Source: a bacterium
Lineage (GTDB): Bacteria; Hinthialibacterota; Hinthialibacteria; Hinthialibacterales; Hinthialibacteraceae
Length of the DNA stretch: 30,989 bases
Direction: 5' to 3'
Assembly: GCA_041946805.1 (NCBI GenBank)
Contig: JBHGBC010000058.1
Span: 1 to 30,989 of the forward strand
The notes below the pieces were generated by a model that worked only from the letters and a program-made list of their open reading frames with translations, was not told where the DNA came from and ran no database searches. A program made the position numbers and the translations under genes. Below, in pieces: positions 9,720 to 19,475 of this stretch; the stretch's first letter is position 1; each line of letters starts with the position of its first letter.

Positions 9720-10102
9720 AATATATTGAACGGCACATCCGGCCGGCGCGTACTTTTTCCCAGATTTCCCCCAAGGGATTTGCGCTCCTTCGGACTGGAT
9801 GAAGAGACCTTTTCCGTTTCCTCTCGGCCGGGAAGAGAAACAGGATGCGGGCCCAACGTTACGCTTGGTTTTTCGCTCTTCCTTTTCGCGTAAATCCATT
9901 GACTCTGTGGAATTCAAGTTTCCCCCTCCGGGGACGGTTGTCCTGCGGCTGAGAGGTCCTGATTCAGGCCGGACCGCCTTGGAAACGGAGCAGGACCGGA
10001 TGACCTTTCGTGATCGGCGCGCGCGGATAAGAAAGGGAATCCCGCTGGACTGGTTGTAACGCGAGACGCGTCGCGGGCGGGCGCCGCGCCGAAATATTTT
10101 GC

Positions 10103-10131
10103 TTGACACTCAGTAGCAAGACAGGTAGAAT
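10103..10131 (+). promoter_or_regulatory. Near-consensus sigma70 promoter facing the polysaccharide cluster
   Basis: TTGACA-17 nt-TAGAAT. Confidence 0.65.
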
Positions 10132-11084
10132 AAATTATGATAAATTCAAATAGATGTCTGCGTCGGGGATGATTTATTTTCGGATTTTCTTAGTTTTTTC
10201 ATCCTCCCGGGTTGTGTCTTTTTCTCAGTGTGGATCAATGGAACGTTTTAGTTCATTTCCGGACCGGGGGGATTCCGCGATAGGTTTTGTCCCTTGGGGG
10301 GGGGAGCCGGAGAGCGTATTTTACGTATGGTTTTTTACCCCCAAAGGGATTGGGATGAACTCCACCGGATCGGCGGCTCCAGGATTTCTTCTGCGCGAAA
10401 AAAGCGGCGGGTTGTCTTTCACTGTCCCGCGGGGAGATCCTGCACTGCGGGGTGGTTATCGATGGCCAATTTTTACTTTCGAGTAGTTCCAAAAAGTGTT
10501 CTGAATCGCGTCCCATAGGAGCCATGGCGTCAAGATACGTGCATGGGCGGAACGAGTCCGCGTAGTGCATATCCATGGGCCTACTCGGTTCAGGGGGGAT
10601 TGCGGATGGGTGGGAGAATCTGAGTTTCCAAACCACTTCAATTGGATGCCAATTCGTTAACAAAAACTGATGCGTGGAATGGGATGTGCCTCTTCATTCC
10701 GGGTATGGAGGTTGAGGTGCGGATTGATAATCTTCCGTGAGTCTCTTCCCGGCGAAGGGAGCGGGAAATGGGATTAACGGGCGAGCCGGGCGGGACCCGA
10801 AACCCCTGGACGATCCGGATTGTATGCGGCGAGGAACAGCCTGGGGAATCATTCCCGCGGCCGTCTTTCCACTTCCGGCCCGGCGGTCTGGCGTGAAATG
10901 AATTCAACGGAATCCGCTACCATGGGAAGTCCGGATGCCGGCCATCGGATACAAGTACCTTTTGCCTCCGCGGCAGGATTCCTTTCCTTCACATCCTTTT
11001 GGAGGTGTGCTTATTTCTCGGTGGTGTTCCTTTTGATTTGAATTACGATTATGATGCCAACTTGATATCCGAAAGAATATCATA

Positions 11085-12542
11085 ATGATTCCTTCTCCGG
11101 GTGGCTCATTCTTTTCAACTTCGAATTTCGGAATCCGAGCTCTTGTCTTGTCCTGTTTCTTGCTGGCGCTAGGAACCATTCAAACCCTTGGACCGTTGGG
11201 AGGGGCCGAGCGGATCATCCCCAAAATGTCGCATTTTGACATTCTTTCCCTGCTCAAGTTGATGATTCGTTTTCTGGTTTTGGTGCTGGTCGGCCACGCC
11301 TTGATCTTGCGGAGACGAGATCCTTTTTTCCGCACGTATTTCCTCCACCTGTTGCCTTTCTTTGGATTCGCCTCCTGGGGATTCCTGACCTCCTTCTGGT
11401 CGCCTTTGCCTTTTTATTCGGGGGGCCATGCCATGGATTTTTTACTGTTGGTCATGTTCGGTCTTTTAACGGCGGTTTTGGTGGCGAACGAGATCGAGCT
11501 GAGTCAAGTGTTTTTCGTCCTGTGCTTGAATCATTTTTCATACCTTTTGATTTTGTTCGTTCTCTTTTTGCTGTTTCCCGATTCGGCGACCATTCTCCGG
11601 AGTGAGATCGATACCGAAAAAGTATTGTTCACCACGAATTCCGTCTCTTCCTTTATCGTCAATCCGGCGGAAATCGCGAGCGTCGCCTCCTTGGGCGTCA
11701 TACTCATCGTCGCGGCGCGTCATTTCTGGGGTTGGCCGTGGGTCACGTATTTATTGTTGCCCTCCTTGATTCTGGAAATTGTCATTCTCTTTTTAACCCA
11801 GACCCGCTCGATGATCATTCTCGCTTTCCTGTTGAGCGCGGCCATTCTGTTTCTGGCCGGGAAAAGGAAGATTCTTTGGTATGCTTTTTTTCTGACGGTG
11901 GTTTTTCTTTCGGCCTGGATGATCGGGGAACCGGAACACGGCCGCACCAACTTTCTTCAGGATTACCTGCTTCGCGGACAATCGCAGGAACAACTGACGC
12001 GGCTCAGCGGCCGTCTCGACACGTGGACGGTGGTCTACGACAACCTGTCCCAAAATGAACTGGCATTATTCTTCGGTTTCGGATATTCCATGGCGACCCG
12101 GACCGGCATGAAAATGCACGAGGGCGAGATGAAGCGGTATACGGCGCACAATATCTTTCTCCATGTGCTTTCGGGAACGGGGATCGTTGGATTGTCTTTA
12201 TTCTTCTGGGGATTTTTTCATTTGACGGCGGTATTTTATTCCGGCTGGAAAAAATTCTCCGACCGGCGCTCCATCTATCTTACCCTCCTGATTTTCTGTT
12301 TCATTTTTCTGATGGGAATGGTCAGTGATTCGATCGTGGGCCCGATTTCCGTCACCTACGTCTCCATATTCGTGGTGCTCGGCGCGGGATTGGCGTCCTC
12401 CATCCGGCCTCCGGGTGTTCAAGACATGGCGCCGGCGGGGCCTTTTTCCGAACCATTCCCGCGACGCCGGTCAGGTGGGCTGGAAATGGATGGATTGGGA
12501 GGCCAGGCGGCGCGGCCGGCCGGATGGGCGCGGGATCGATAA
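11085..12542 (+). CDS. O-antigen ligase / Wzy polymerase family membrane protein
   Basis: About 11-12 TM segments; motifs LTQTRS, LSGRLDTW, FFGFGY, AHNIFLHVLSGTGIVG. Confidence 0.85.
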   Translation: MIPSPGGSFFSTSNFGIRALVLSCFLLALGTIQTLGPLGGAERIIPKMSHFDILSLLKLMIRFLVLVLVGHALILRRRDPFFRTYFLHLLPFFGFASWGFLTSFWSPLPFYSGGHAMDFLLLVMFGLLTAVLVANEIELSQVFFVLCLNHFSYLLILFVLFLLFPDSATILRSEIDTEKVLFTTNSVSSFIVNPAEIASVASLGVILIVAARHFWGWPWVTYLLLPSLILEIVILFLTQTRSMIILAFLLSAAILFLAGKRKILWYAFFLTVVFLSAWMIGEPEHGRTNFLQDYLLRGQSQEQLTRLSGRLDTWTVVYDNLSQNELALFFGFGYSMATRTGMKMHEGEMKRYTAHNIFLHVLSGTGIVGLSLFFWGFFHLTAVFYSGWKKFSDRRSIYLTLLIFCFIFLMGMVSDSIVGPISVTYVSIFVVLGAGLASSIRPPGVQDMAPAGPFSEPFPRRRSGGLEMDGLGGQAARPAGWARDR

Positions 12543-12635
12543 CGAGGGGATCGGCGAAAGCCGGGTGACACGGACCGCCGCGGGGAAACCGGCCGTGCTC
12601 ATCCGCCAGGGAAGAGTTTCCGTTCCGGGGGATCT

Positions 12636-13802
12636 ATGAAAGTAATCCAACTGCACAATCTGTATGCGGGGCCGGTCAGCGGGGAAAACATCATGGTCAT
12701 GCGCACGGCCGAATTGCTCCGGCGAAGCGGGATCGATGTCGAACTGGTTACCCGCGATAGCAACCCGTTGATGCACAATCCATTCCGGACCGCCTTGGCC
12801 TTCGCCAGTGGGATCTACTCGTTCTCCGCCGCGCGGGCCATGCGGAAGCGTCTCCGCTCCGCCCCGCCGGACTTGGTGCATGTCCATAACATTTACCCCC
12901 TGTTTTCACCCTCGGTTTTGCGGGCCTGCCGTTCCGCGGGGATTCCCGTCGTGATGTCCTGCCACAACTACCGCCTGCTCTGTCCGGCGGGTATGCAATT
13001 TCGCCAAGGCCGGATCTGCGATTTGTGCTTGGGGGGCAAAGAATATTGGTGCGTCTTGAAAAACTGCAAGGGGAACCTCCCCCAAAGCCTCGGCTACGCG
13101 TTGCGCACTTTCGCGCACCGGAAAACCCGGATCATCCGGAATAATGTGTCGCTGTTCCTGACTCCGTCCTATTTTCTCCGGGATCATTTGATCCGCCATG
13201 GCTTTCCCGCGGAACGAATGCTCGTGGTCCCCAACATGGTCGCGGTACCCAAGAAACCTGTGGATAGCGCGGCGGGAGGCTATATCGCGTTCGCCGGCCG
13301 TTTCAATCCCCAGAAAGGCGTGGAAACACTTCTCTCGGCGATTCATCGTCTTCAATTGCCTGCCCATCTGGCCGGGGATTGTATGACGATGCGGCGCCTG
13401 ACGGCGGACGCCTCGGATCAGGTGAAATTTCTGGGGCCCCTCGACCAGGCCGGTATGAATGCCTTGTATCAAAACGCCCGGATGGTGATCGTGCCCAGCC
13501 GGGCCATGGAAACGTTTGGCTTGACCGCCGTCGAGGCCATGAGCTATGGCCTTCCAGTCATTGGTTCCAATATCGGCGGTCTTCCGGAAGTGATTGACGA
13601 AGGTCGAACCGGATACCTGGTGGAGCCGGACAATGTGGAGGCCTTGGCGGCGCGAATCCAGGAACTTTGGAATAATCCCCTGCTGGGCCGGCAATTGGGT
13701 TTGGCGGGCCGCGAAAAAGTCCTGCGGGAGTACACGGAGGACATGTACCTGCAGCGGCTTTTGGCCGCCTACCGCCGGGTGCTTGAGAAGGAAATCCCTT
13801 GA
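12636..13802 (+). CDS. Glycosyltransferase family 4
   Basis: PDLVHVHN, FAGRFNPQKG, PSRAMETFGLTAVEAMSYGLPVI, GGLPEVI. Confidence 0.92.
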   Translation: MKVIQLHNLYAGPVSGENIMVMRTAELLRRSGIDVELVTRDSNPLMHNPFRTALAFASGIYSFSAARAMRKRLRSAPPDLVHVHNIYPLFSPSVLRACRSAGIPVVMSCHNYRLLCPAGMQFRQGRICDLCLGGKEYWCVLKNCKGNLPQSLGYALRTFAHRKTRIIRNNVSLFLTPSYFLRDHLIRHGFPAERMLVVPNMVAVPKKPVDSAAGGYIAFAGRFNPQKGVETLLSAIHRLQLPAHLAGDCMTMRRLTADASDQVKFLGPLDQAGMNALYQNARMVIVPSRAMETFGLTAVEAMSYGLPVIGSNIGGLPEVIDEGRTGYLVEPDNVEALAARIQELWNNPLLGRQLGLAGREKVLREYTEDMYLQRLLAAYRRVLEKEIP

Positions 13803-13984
13803 CGGCATGGGATCGGCGCGGCTGATCAGGAAAAGGACGGACAAGCAGGCCGCGTAGTGCAGGTTCTATTGCCATATCGGAACGAACGATGGACCGAACG
13901 GCAGAATCCCTTTTTGAGATCTCCACGGCGCGGCCCGGGAATGGTCCGGGGCGTAAGTCCGGGGAGGATTGAGAAAAGGAATTG

Positions 13985-14021
13985 ATCCCCTCTCCCTGGG
14001 GGAAAGGAGTAGGGGTGAGGG
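13985..14021 (+). repeat. BoxC-like intergenic repeat
   Basis: atcccctctccctgggggaaaggagtaggggtgaggg. Confidence 0.75.
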
Positions 14022-14261
14022 AGGTCCTGAAAGGGCTTCATGCAGAATTTTCGTACATTCGGCTAAACCGTTGCCGATGGTTATAGGGGGCTGCATGGGA
14101 AAAACTCAACCGAACCGGCCATCGTCTCCCGGTTTGCATGGAACGGTTCGTGAGTAGAAAGCACGGATCCTTCGGGATCGGCTTCTTGAAGGAAATTTCC
14201 GGCCATGGACCGCTGATCTTCATGCGAACGCCGTGCGCGGATGAACCGGGGCCCTGGAGAA

Positions 14262-15422
14262 ATGATGAACGGTTTTCATCTTCTATTGACCTTGGATTAT
14301 GAACTGCCCGCGGACGGCCTCGGGGAGGTTCGCCGGGATATTCTGGCTCCCACCCGCGCCTTGCTCGATATTTGCGAACGCCATCAGGCGCCGCTTACGA
14401 TCATGGCGGAGGTGGGTGAATTGTGGGCCTTTGAAAGGGAGGATAACGCGGGATTTCCGCGAAGCCTGCACTACGATCCCGCCTGTGCAATCCGCCAACA
14501 ACTGGTTGAAGCCGTCAGGCGGGGTCATGACGTGCAGTTGCATTTGCATCCCCAATGGATCCAGGCGAAATGGCGTGACGGCCGATGGAGCCTCGATTAC
14601 GGCCACTATCGGCTGACCGATTTTTCCAATGACGATATGGCGGCCCATCTGCATTCCGCAAAAGCCTGTCTGGAAAACCTGCTTTCTCCGGTTGAACCGG
14701 AATACCGCTGCCTGGGATTTCGGGCCGGTCACTGGAACACGTCCCCCTCCGGCCGGTATCTGGCGGCTCTCCTCAGCGCGGGGCTTCAATCGGACACCTC
14801 CGTGTTCAAGGGGGGATTTTGCCAAAACGCGGCCGTGGCGTACGATTACCGGGACGCCTACAGCCAGGTAAAAGCCTGGTACGCGCATCCCCAGGATATC
14901 AACCGGTCCGTTCCCCAAACCGGTGTCCTGATCGTGCCGATCGCCACGGAACGGGTTCCGCTGATTCGGATGCTTTCCCCCCGCCGTTTATGGCTCGCCC
15001 GCCGGTACCTTCGGGAGGACCGGCTGATTACGGCCGCGGCCGGCCAGGTGAGATCAACGGATCCTTCCTCGTGGCTGACCCGGCTTAAACGTCTCAATCC
15101 CTTGGCCAGTCATCCTCGGAAACTGGATTTCTGCAAACTGACGTCCTCGCAGTTGCTGCGCGCCACGGCCCGGTTGATGCGGAAATACGCCGGCGAGGCG
15201 GCTTGCCAACCCATTCCCCTGGTGTTGATCGGCCATTCCAAACAGGTGGGGAGCGGTGCCAACGTGGATGTTTTTTTACAAAAGCTGGTGGATCGTTTCG
15301 GCTCCCAGATCCATTTTTCGACCTACCAACATTTTGTTCAACTCTACCGGCAATGGCCGGATGTCAGGGGAAACGGATTGGATGGAAAGGAGCATGCCCA
15401 TGTTCAAGCGGATTCACATTGA
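14262..15422 (+). CDS. Polysaccharide deacetylase (CE4/NodB-like) family protein
   Basis: TLDYE, GHDVQLHLHPQW and FRAG motifs; GGAGA RBS before ATG 14262/14265. Confidence 0.75.
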   Translation: MMNGFHLLLTLDYELPADGLGEVRRDILAPTRALLDICERHQAPLTIMAEVGELWAFEREDNAGFPRSLHYDPACAIRQQLVEAVRRGHDVQLHLHPQWIQAKWRDGRWSLDYGHYRLTDFSNDDMAAHLHSAKACLENLLSPVEPEYRCLGFRAGHWNTSPSGRYLAALLSAGLQSDTSVFKGGFCQNAAVAYDYRDAYSQVKAWYAHPQDINRSVPQTGVLIVPIATERVPLIRMLSPRRLWLARRYLREDRLITAAAGQVRSTDPSSWLTRLKRLNPLASHPRKLDFCKLTSSQLLRATARLMRKYAGEAACQPIPLVLIGHSKQVGSGANVDVFLQKLVDRFGSQIHFSTYQHFVQLYRQWPDVRGNGLDGKEHAHVQADSH

Positions 15423-16158
15423 TCAATGCCCCGTGGATTGCCTGGAGGAAAACGAAACCGCGGAGTACCTCTATGAGAAGATTCAGAACCGGCAACGCTG
15501 CCACGTCGCGCCCGTCAACGCGGCGGTGGTCGTGATGGCTTCCCGCCATCCGGACTTCCGAGAGATTCTCCAAGGCATGGATCTTCTGCTGCCCGATGGG
15601 TTCTGGCTGCAGACCGCCAGCCGCCTTTGCCGTCTCCCTTCCCCCCATCATGTGGCCACCGTGCCCCTCACCTATAAACTGCTCCGCCGAATGGCGCCCC
15701 AGGGAGCCAGGGTGTACCTGCTCGGCGCCACGGATGAAGTGGTCAACGGGGCGGCGCGGGAAATCACGCGGCGTTTTCCCGGGATTCAAATCGCGGGATT
15801 CCACAATGGGTATTTTACCGAGTTGGAAGAAAAACAAATCGTTCAAAACTTGAATGAAACTCATCCCGGCCTCCTTCTCATTGGGATCTCCAGTCCCAAA
15901 CGGGAATTATTCATGACACGAAATCGCAACGCCTTGGCGGTCCCCGTGGTGATCGGCGTCGGCGGATTGCTGGACATCCTGGGAGGCAAGACGAGCGAGG
16001 GCCCGCAATGGTTGCGGCGTATCGGGATGATGTGGCTGTTCCGGTTCATCCAAGAACCCCGGCGGATGTGGCAACGCGCCATCATGCTCTCCGGCGAATT
16101 CGTATGGCTCGTTTTGAAGCAGGCCGTCCGCCCGGCGCCCTTGTCTTCCCTGAAATGA
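15400..16158 (+). CDS. WecG/TagA/CpsF family glycosyltransferase (GT26)
   Basis: LLPDG, VYLLGA, AGFHNGYF, GISSPKRE, GVGG, WLFRFIQEPRRMW; AAGGAG RBS 7 nt before ATG 15400. Confidence 0.92.
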   Translation: MFKRIHIDQCPVDCLEENETAEYLYEKIQNRQRCHVAPVNAAVVVMASRHPDFREILQGMDLLLPDGFWLQTASRLCRLPSPHHVATVPLTYKLLRRMAPQGARVYLLGATDEVVNGAAREITRRFPGIQIAGFHNGYFTELEEKQIVQNLNETHPGLLLIGISSPKRELFMTRNRNALAVPVVIGVGGLLDILGGKTSEGPQWLRRIGMMWLFRFIQEPRRMWQRAIMLSGEFVWLVLKQAVRPAPLSSLK

Positions 16159-16233
16159 GTCCTGATGGATGGGAATGGGAATATCTTGAAGCCAGTGGAT
16201 TGATACACCGATGGATCAAAGGAGGTCCAAATC

Positions 16234-17196
16234 ATGTCGTCGAGTATTTTGGTCACGGGTTCCTTGGGAACAGTCGGACGGGGATTGACCAGAGAACTTA
16301 GGAAACAAGGGCATCGCGTCGTGGGTTGCGATCTGTACCACGGCGTGGATGAGGTGGGCTTTTCCCTGCGTTCCGACTTGCCGGAACCGGCCTATGCGCG
16401 GTGCGATGTCAGCGAATTCCGCCAGATCGAGCGGGTCTTCAACCAACTGGGGCCGTTCGACTACGTGTATCACTGTGCGGCCGAATTCGGCCGCTGGAAT
16501 GGAGAGGACTTTTACGAAACCCTATGGCGAAGCAACACCATCGGCACCAAGAATATGATCCGTCTGCAGGAACGGCTGCATTACCGCTTGATTTTCTTCT
16601 CCTCCTCCGAAGTCTACGGCGACTATCCGGATTTAATGGTCGAAACGGTCATGGATGAGTACGAAATCAAACAGCTCAACGATTACGCCATGACCAAATG
16701 GGTCGGTGAAATGCAAATCCGCAACTCCGCCCTGCAGTACGGCGCCGAATCCGTGGTGGTCCGCCTTTTCAATACCTACGGGCCGGGTGAATTGTACAGC
16801 CCGTACCGCTCCGTGAACTGCCGGTTTCTCTACTGCGCCCTTCATGGCTTGCCCTGGGTGGTTTACCGCGGCCACCACCGGACTTCCACCTACATCGCCG
16901 ATACGGTCCACACGCTGACCAATCTGGTAAATAACTTCAAGCCCGGTGAGACCTACAATATCGGGGGCGACCGGTACCACTCCATCGAGGAACTCTCCGA
17001 TGTGGTCCTCAAGGTGACGGGCGCGGATCCCTCCCTGGTCCAATACAAGGATTCAGAGATCCTCACCACGCTGATCAAGAAAGTGGACATTTCCAAGGCG
17101 GTCCGCGATCTCGATCACAAGAACACCTATGATTGGGAAACCGGCATGAAAATCACCGCGGACTGGATGAGGGATTATTACCGCGTATGTCAGTAA
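16234..17196 (+). CDS. NAD-dependent nucleotide-sugar epimerase/dehydratase (extended SDR)
   Basis: VTGSLGTVG (GxxGxxG), SSSEVYG, YAMTK (YxxxK), RLFNTYGPG; AGGAGGT RBS. Confidence 0.92.
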   Translation: MSSSILVTGSLGTVGRGLTRELRKQGHRVVGCDLYHGVDEVGFSLRSDLPEPAYARCDVSEFRQIERVFNQLGPFDYVYHCAAEFGRWNGEDFYETLWRSNTIGTKNMIRLQERLHYRLIFFSSSEVYGDYPDLMVETVMDEYEIKQLNDYAMTKWVGEMQIRNSALQYGAESVVVRLFNTYGPGELYSPYRSVNCRFLYCALHGLPWVVYRGHHRTSTYIADTVHTLTNLVNNFKPGETYNIGGDRYHSIEELSDVVLKVTGADPSLVQYKDSEILTTLIKKVDISKAVRDLDHKNTYDWETGMKITADWMRDYYRVCQ

Positions 17197-17512
17197 TACG
17201 CGAGGGGAGGTGACGGATTCGCGGCGGAGCCACCGGCCCGGGGAGCGCCTCCCCCGGGATATCCCCCGAAAGAAGAATCGGCCGGGGAACGGCCGGGAAC
17301 GGGGCTGCCGGAAACCATCGCCCGGGAACCGGGAGTGCGGTTTAACCCGCCGGATTTCACGGGCCGGCGGGCCGGGGAGGGCGGTTTTGAAAAGGAGTCA
17401 AGCTTTGGACGAGATTCGAACGGCCCGGACCGGAGCCGGCCCGCTCTTCCCTTGATTTCGCGGTGATTGTCTTGGCGTGCGGCGAATCCATCATGCGCAA
17501 AGGATGATTTCA

Positions 17513-18619
17513 ATGAATAGAGTGAAGACGGTTTGTCATGTCGTGGGAGCTCGGCCCAATTTTATGAAGCTGTCGCCGGTCTACCGGTCCATGCTGGCCT
17601 CGACCCAAATAAAGCAACTCATTGTGCACACCGGCCAGCATTATAGCGATAATATGTCCAATATATTTTTTGCGCAGCTGAACCTGCCTGAACCCAGTGT
17701 GAATCTGAAAACCGGCCTGGGGGATCATGTCCATCAGATCTCGGATATCATGAACCGGTTCGATAATTTTCTCGTGGACTCCGCGCCGGACATGGTTCTC
17801 TTGTACGGCGATGTCAACTCAACCTTGGCCGCCGCGTTGGTTTGCGCCAAGAACAATATACCGGTGGCTCACGTGGAAGCGGGCCTGCGCTCCTTCGACC
17901 GGACCATGCCCGAGGAAATCAACCGGGTATTGACGGATCAAATATCCGATCTCCTGTTCACTCCCTCCGTGGACGGGAATGAAAACCTGATCCGGGAGGG
18001 GAAAGATGCGAAGAAAATATTCCTGGTCGGGAATGTCATGATCGATTGCATCATGCAGTTTCTGAAGGAAACGGAGGAGAATCCCGCGGCGTTGTCCGGT
18101 CATGTATCGCCTTATATCGAAAAAAAGCAGTATTCCGTTTTGACATTACATCGGCCGTCCAATGTGGATTCTTCGGAAAAATTAGGAAAAATATTATCCG
18201 AAATCATTAAAATATCTCATCAAGTGCCGGTCATATTCCCGATTCATCCAAGAACCGAGCACAATTTAAAAGCCTGTGACTTGACATTTCCGAATACTTT
18301 TATTCTTTGCGAGCCTCTGGGATATATTGAATTTTTATTCTTGCTTCGCAATGCGAAATTTGTCATAACCGATTCCGGCGGGATCCAGGAAGAAACCACG
18401 TATCTGAATATCCCTTGTTTGACATTGCGGGAAAACACCGAACGGCCCATCACCATCACTTGCGGGACCAATACCTTGATCGGGGAAGATTTTCCGAAAT
18501 TCCATCGTGAAGTGGAAAAAATACTGAATGGAAGCTACAAGCAAAGCAGTATGCCGCCCTATTGGGATGGTCATTCCTCGGAACGGATTGCCCACATAAT
18601 CAATGTCTATCTGCAATAA
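17513..18619 (+). CDS. wecB: UDP-N-acetylglucosamine 2-epimerase (non-hydrolysing)
   Basis: VVGARPNFMK, VHTGQHY, GDVNST, HVEAGLRSFDRTMPEEINR, TDSGGIQEE, LRENTERP; start chosen from RBS spacing. Confidence 0.95.
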   Translation: MNRVKTVCHVVGARPNFMKLSPVYRSMLASTQIKQLIVHTGQHYSDNMSNIFFAQLNLPEPSVNLKTGLGDHVHQISDIMNRFDNFLVDSAPDMVLLYGDVNSTLAAALVCAKNNIPVAHVEAGLRSFDRTMPEEINRVLTDQISDLLFTPSVDGNENLIREGKDAKKIFLVGNVMIDCIMQFLKETEENPAALSGHVSPYIEKKQYSVLTLHRPSNVDSSEKLGKILSEIIKISHQVPVIFPIHPRTEHNLKACDLTFPNTFILCEPLGYIEFLFLLRNAKFVITDSGGIQEETTYLNIPCLTLRENTERPITITCGTNTLIGEDFPKFHREVEKILNGSYKQSSMPPYWDGHSSERIAHIINVYLQ

Positions 18620-18802
18620 TCCGGCCTTCTCCGGCCGGAGGTGTTCATCCGGATGCGGCGCGGCGCGCGGCAGACGGGGGAATTCCGGCCGCGCCTTCCG
18701 GTAAAGAGGCGCGCTTTTGCGGGATGAGCCGAAACATGGTTTTCCGGCCTCGGGGAAATGCCTATGCTCGGATCCCGGCGTGGAATGGGGATGTTTGCAG
18801 GG

Positions 18803-19222
18803 CTACCGCGGCAGTTCGGTGCCGGTGGAGGTCAGCACGTATTTGCCGTGCTTGACCCCCCGGATTCCGATCAACAGGTCGGCGAATTGCCGCAGCACTT
18901 CGCTCCGGCCCTTGGCCACGATCACCTCCAGGCAATTGTGGTGGTCCAGGTGTACGTGCAGGCTGGAAATGACTTCCGCCTGGGAATGGTGCTGCTCGGT
19001 GGTCAGTTTTTCGGTGAGCTCCCGCACATGGTGGTCGTACACCAGCGAGATCACTCCCAGCACTTCCTTGTTGCCCTCCACTTCCTGTTGCACGAGAAAA
19101 TCCCGGATCAGGTCCCGGATGCCCTCGGAGCGGTTGGAGTATCCTTTGACTTCCAGCAGCTGGTCGAATTGATCAAGCAATTCTTCCGATAACGATACGC
19201 TGAATCGAATCGCTCCACTCAT
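18803..19222 (-). CDS. nikR: Nickel-responsive regulator NikR
   Basis: RHH domain (RFSVSL...GYSNRSEGIRDLIR) plus ACT-like domain with YDHH and HVHLDHHNCLEV nickel ligands. Confidence 0.95.
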   Translation of the reverse strand: MSGAIRFSVSLSEELLDQFDQLLEVKGYSNRSEGIRDLIRDFLVQQEVEGNKEVLGVISLVYDHHVRELTEKLTTEQHHSQAEVISSLHVHLDHHNCLEVIVAKGRSEVLRQFADLLIGIRGVKHGKYVLTSTGTELPR

Positions 19223-19337
19223 TCTTTCACCCGTCCGTTCGCGCGGATCAAAATTGGGGCTCCTTCGGCAAGTACGTACTTTTTTCAGATCGCCGGATCG
19301 CGTCTCTCCGAAATGACCGATGAAAACCGCCCCCCAA

Positions 19338-19407
19338 ATTCCCTCTCCCTCTGGGAGAGGGCCAGAGGGAGGGTGTTTTTGTCGGGGTGGACCTTGGTTT
19401 CCGCCCT
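19338..19407 (+). repeat. Composite BoxC-like + REP-like repeat
   Basis: attccctctccctctgggagagggccagagggaggg, T-tract, ggggtggaccttggtttccgccc; same layout as 26610-26679. Confidence 0.75.
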
Positions 19408-19475
19408 CATCCCGGAGTGAAGGGGATCGATTTTACCTCATTGTGTGCGCACATCCCGGATGTACCAAAATTGGA

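Noticed and set aside
10481..10638. Possible MITE with ends GAGTAGTTCCAAAA / TTTCCAAACCACTT
   Set aside because: Only 9/14 inverted match, no TSD and no second copy in the window
17275..17335. Short GCCGGGAAC-like repeats before wecB
   Set aside because: Short, degenerate and expected by chance in very GC-rich spacer DNA
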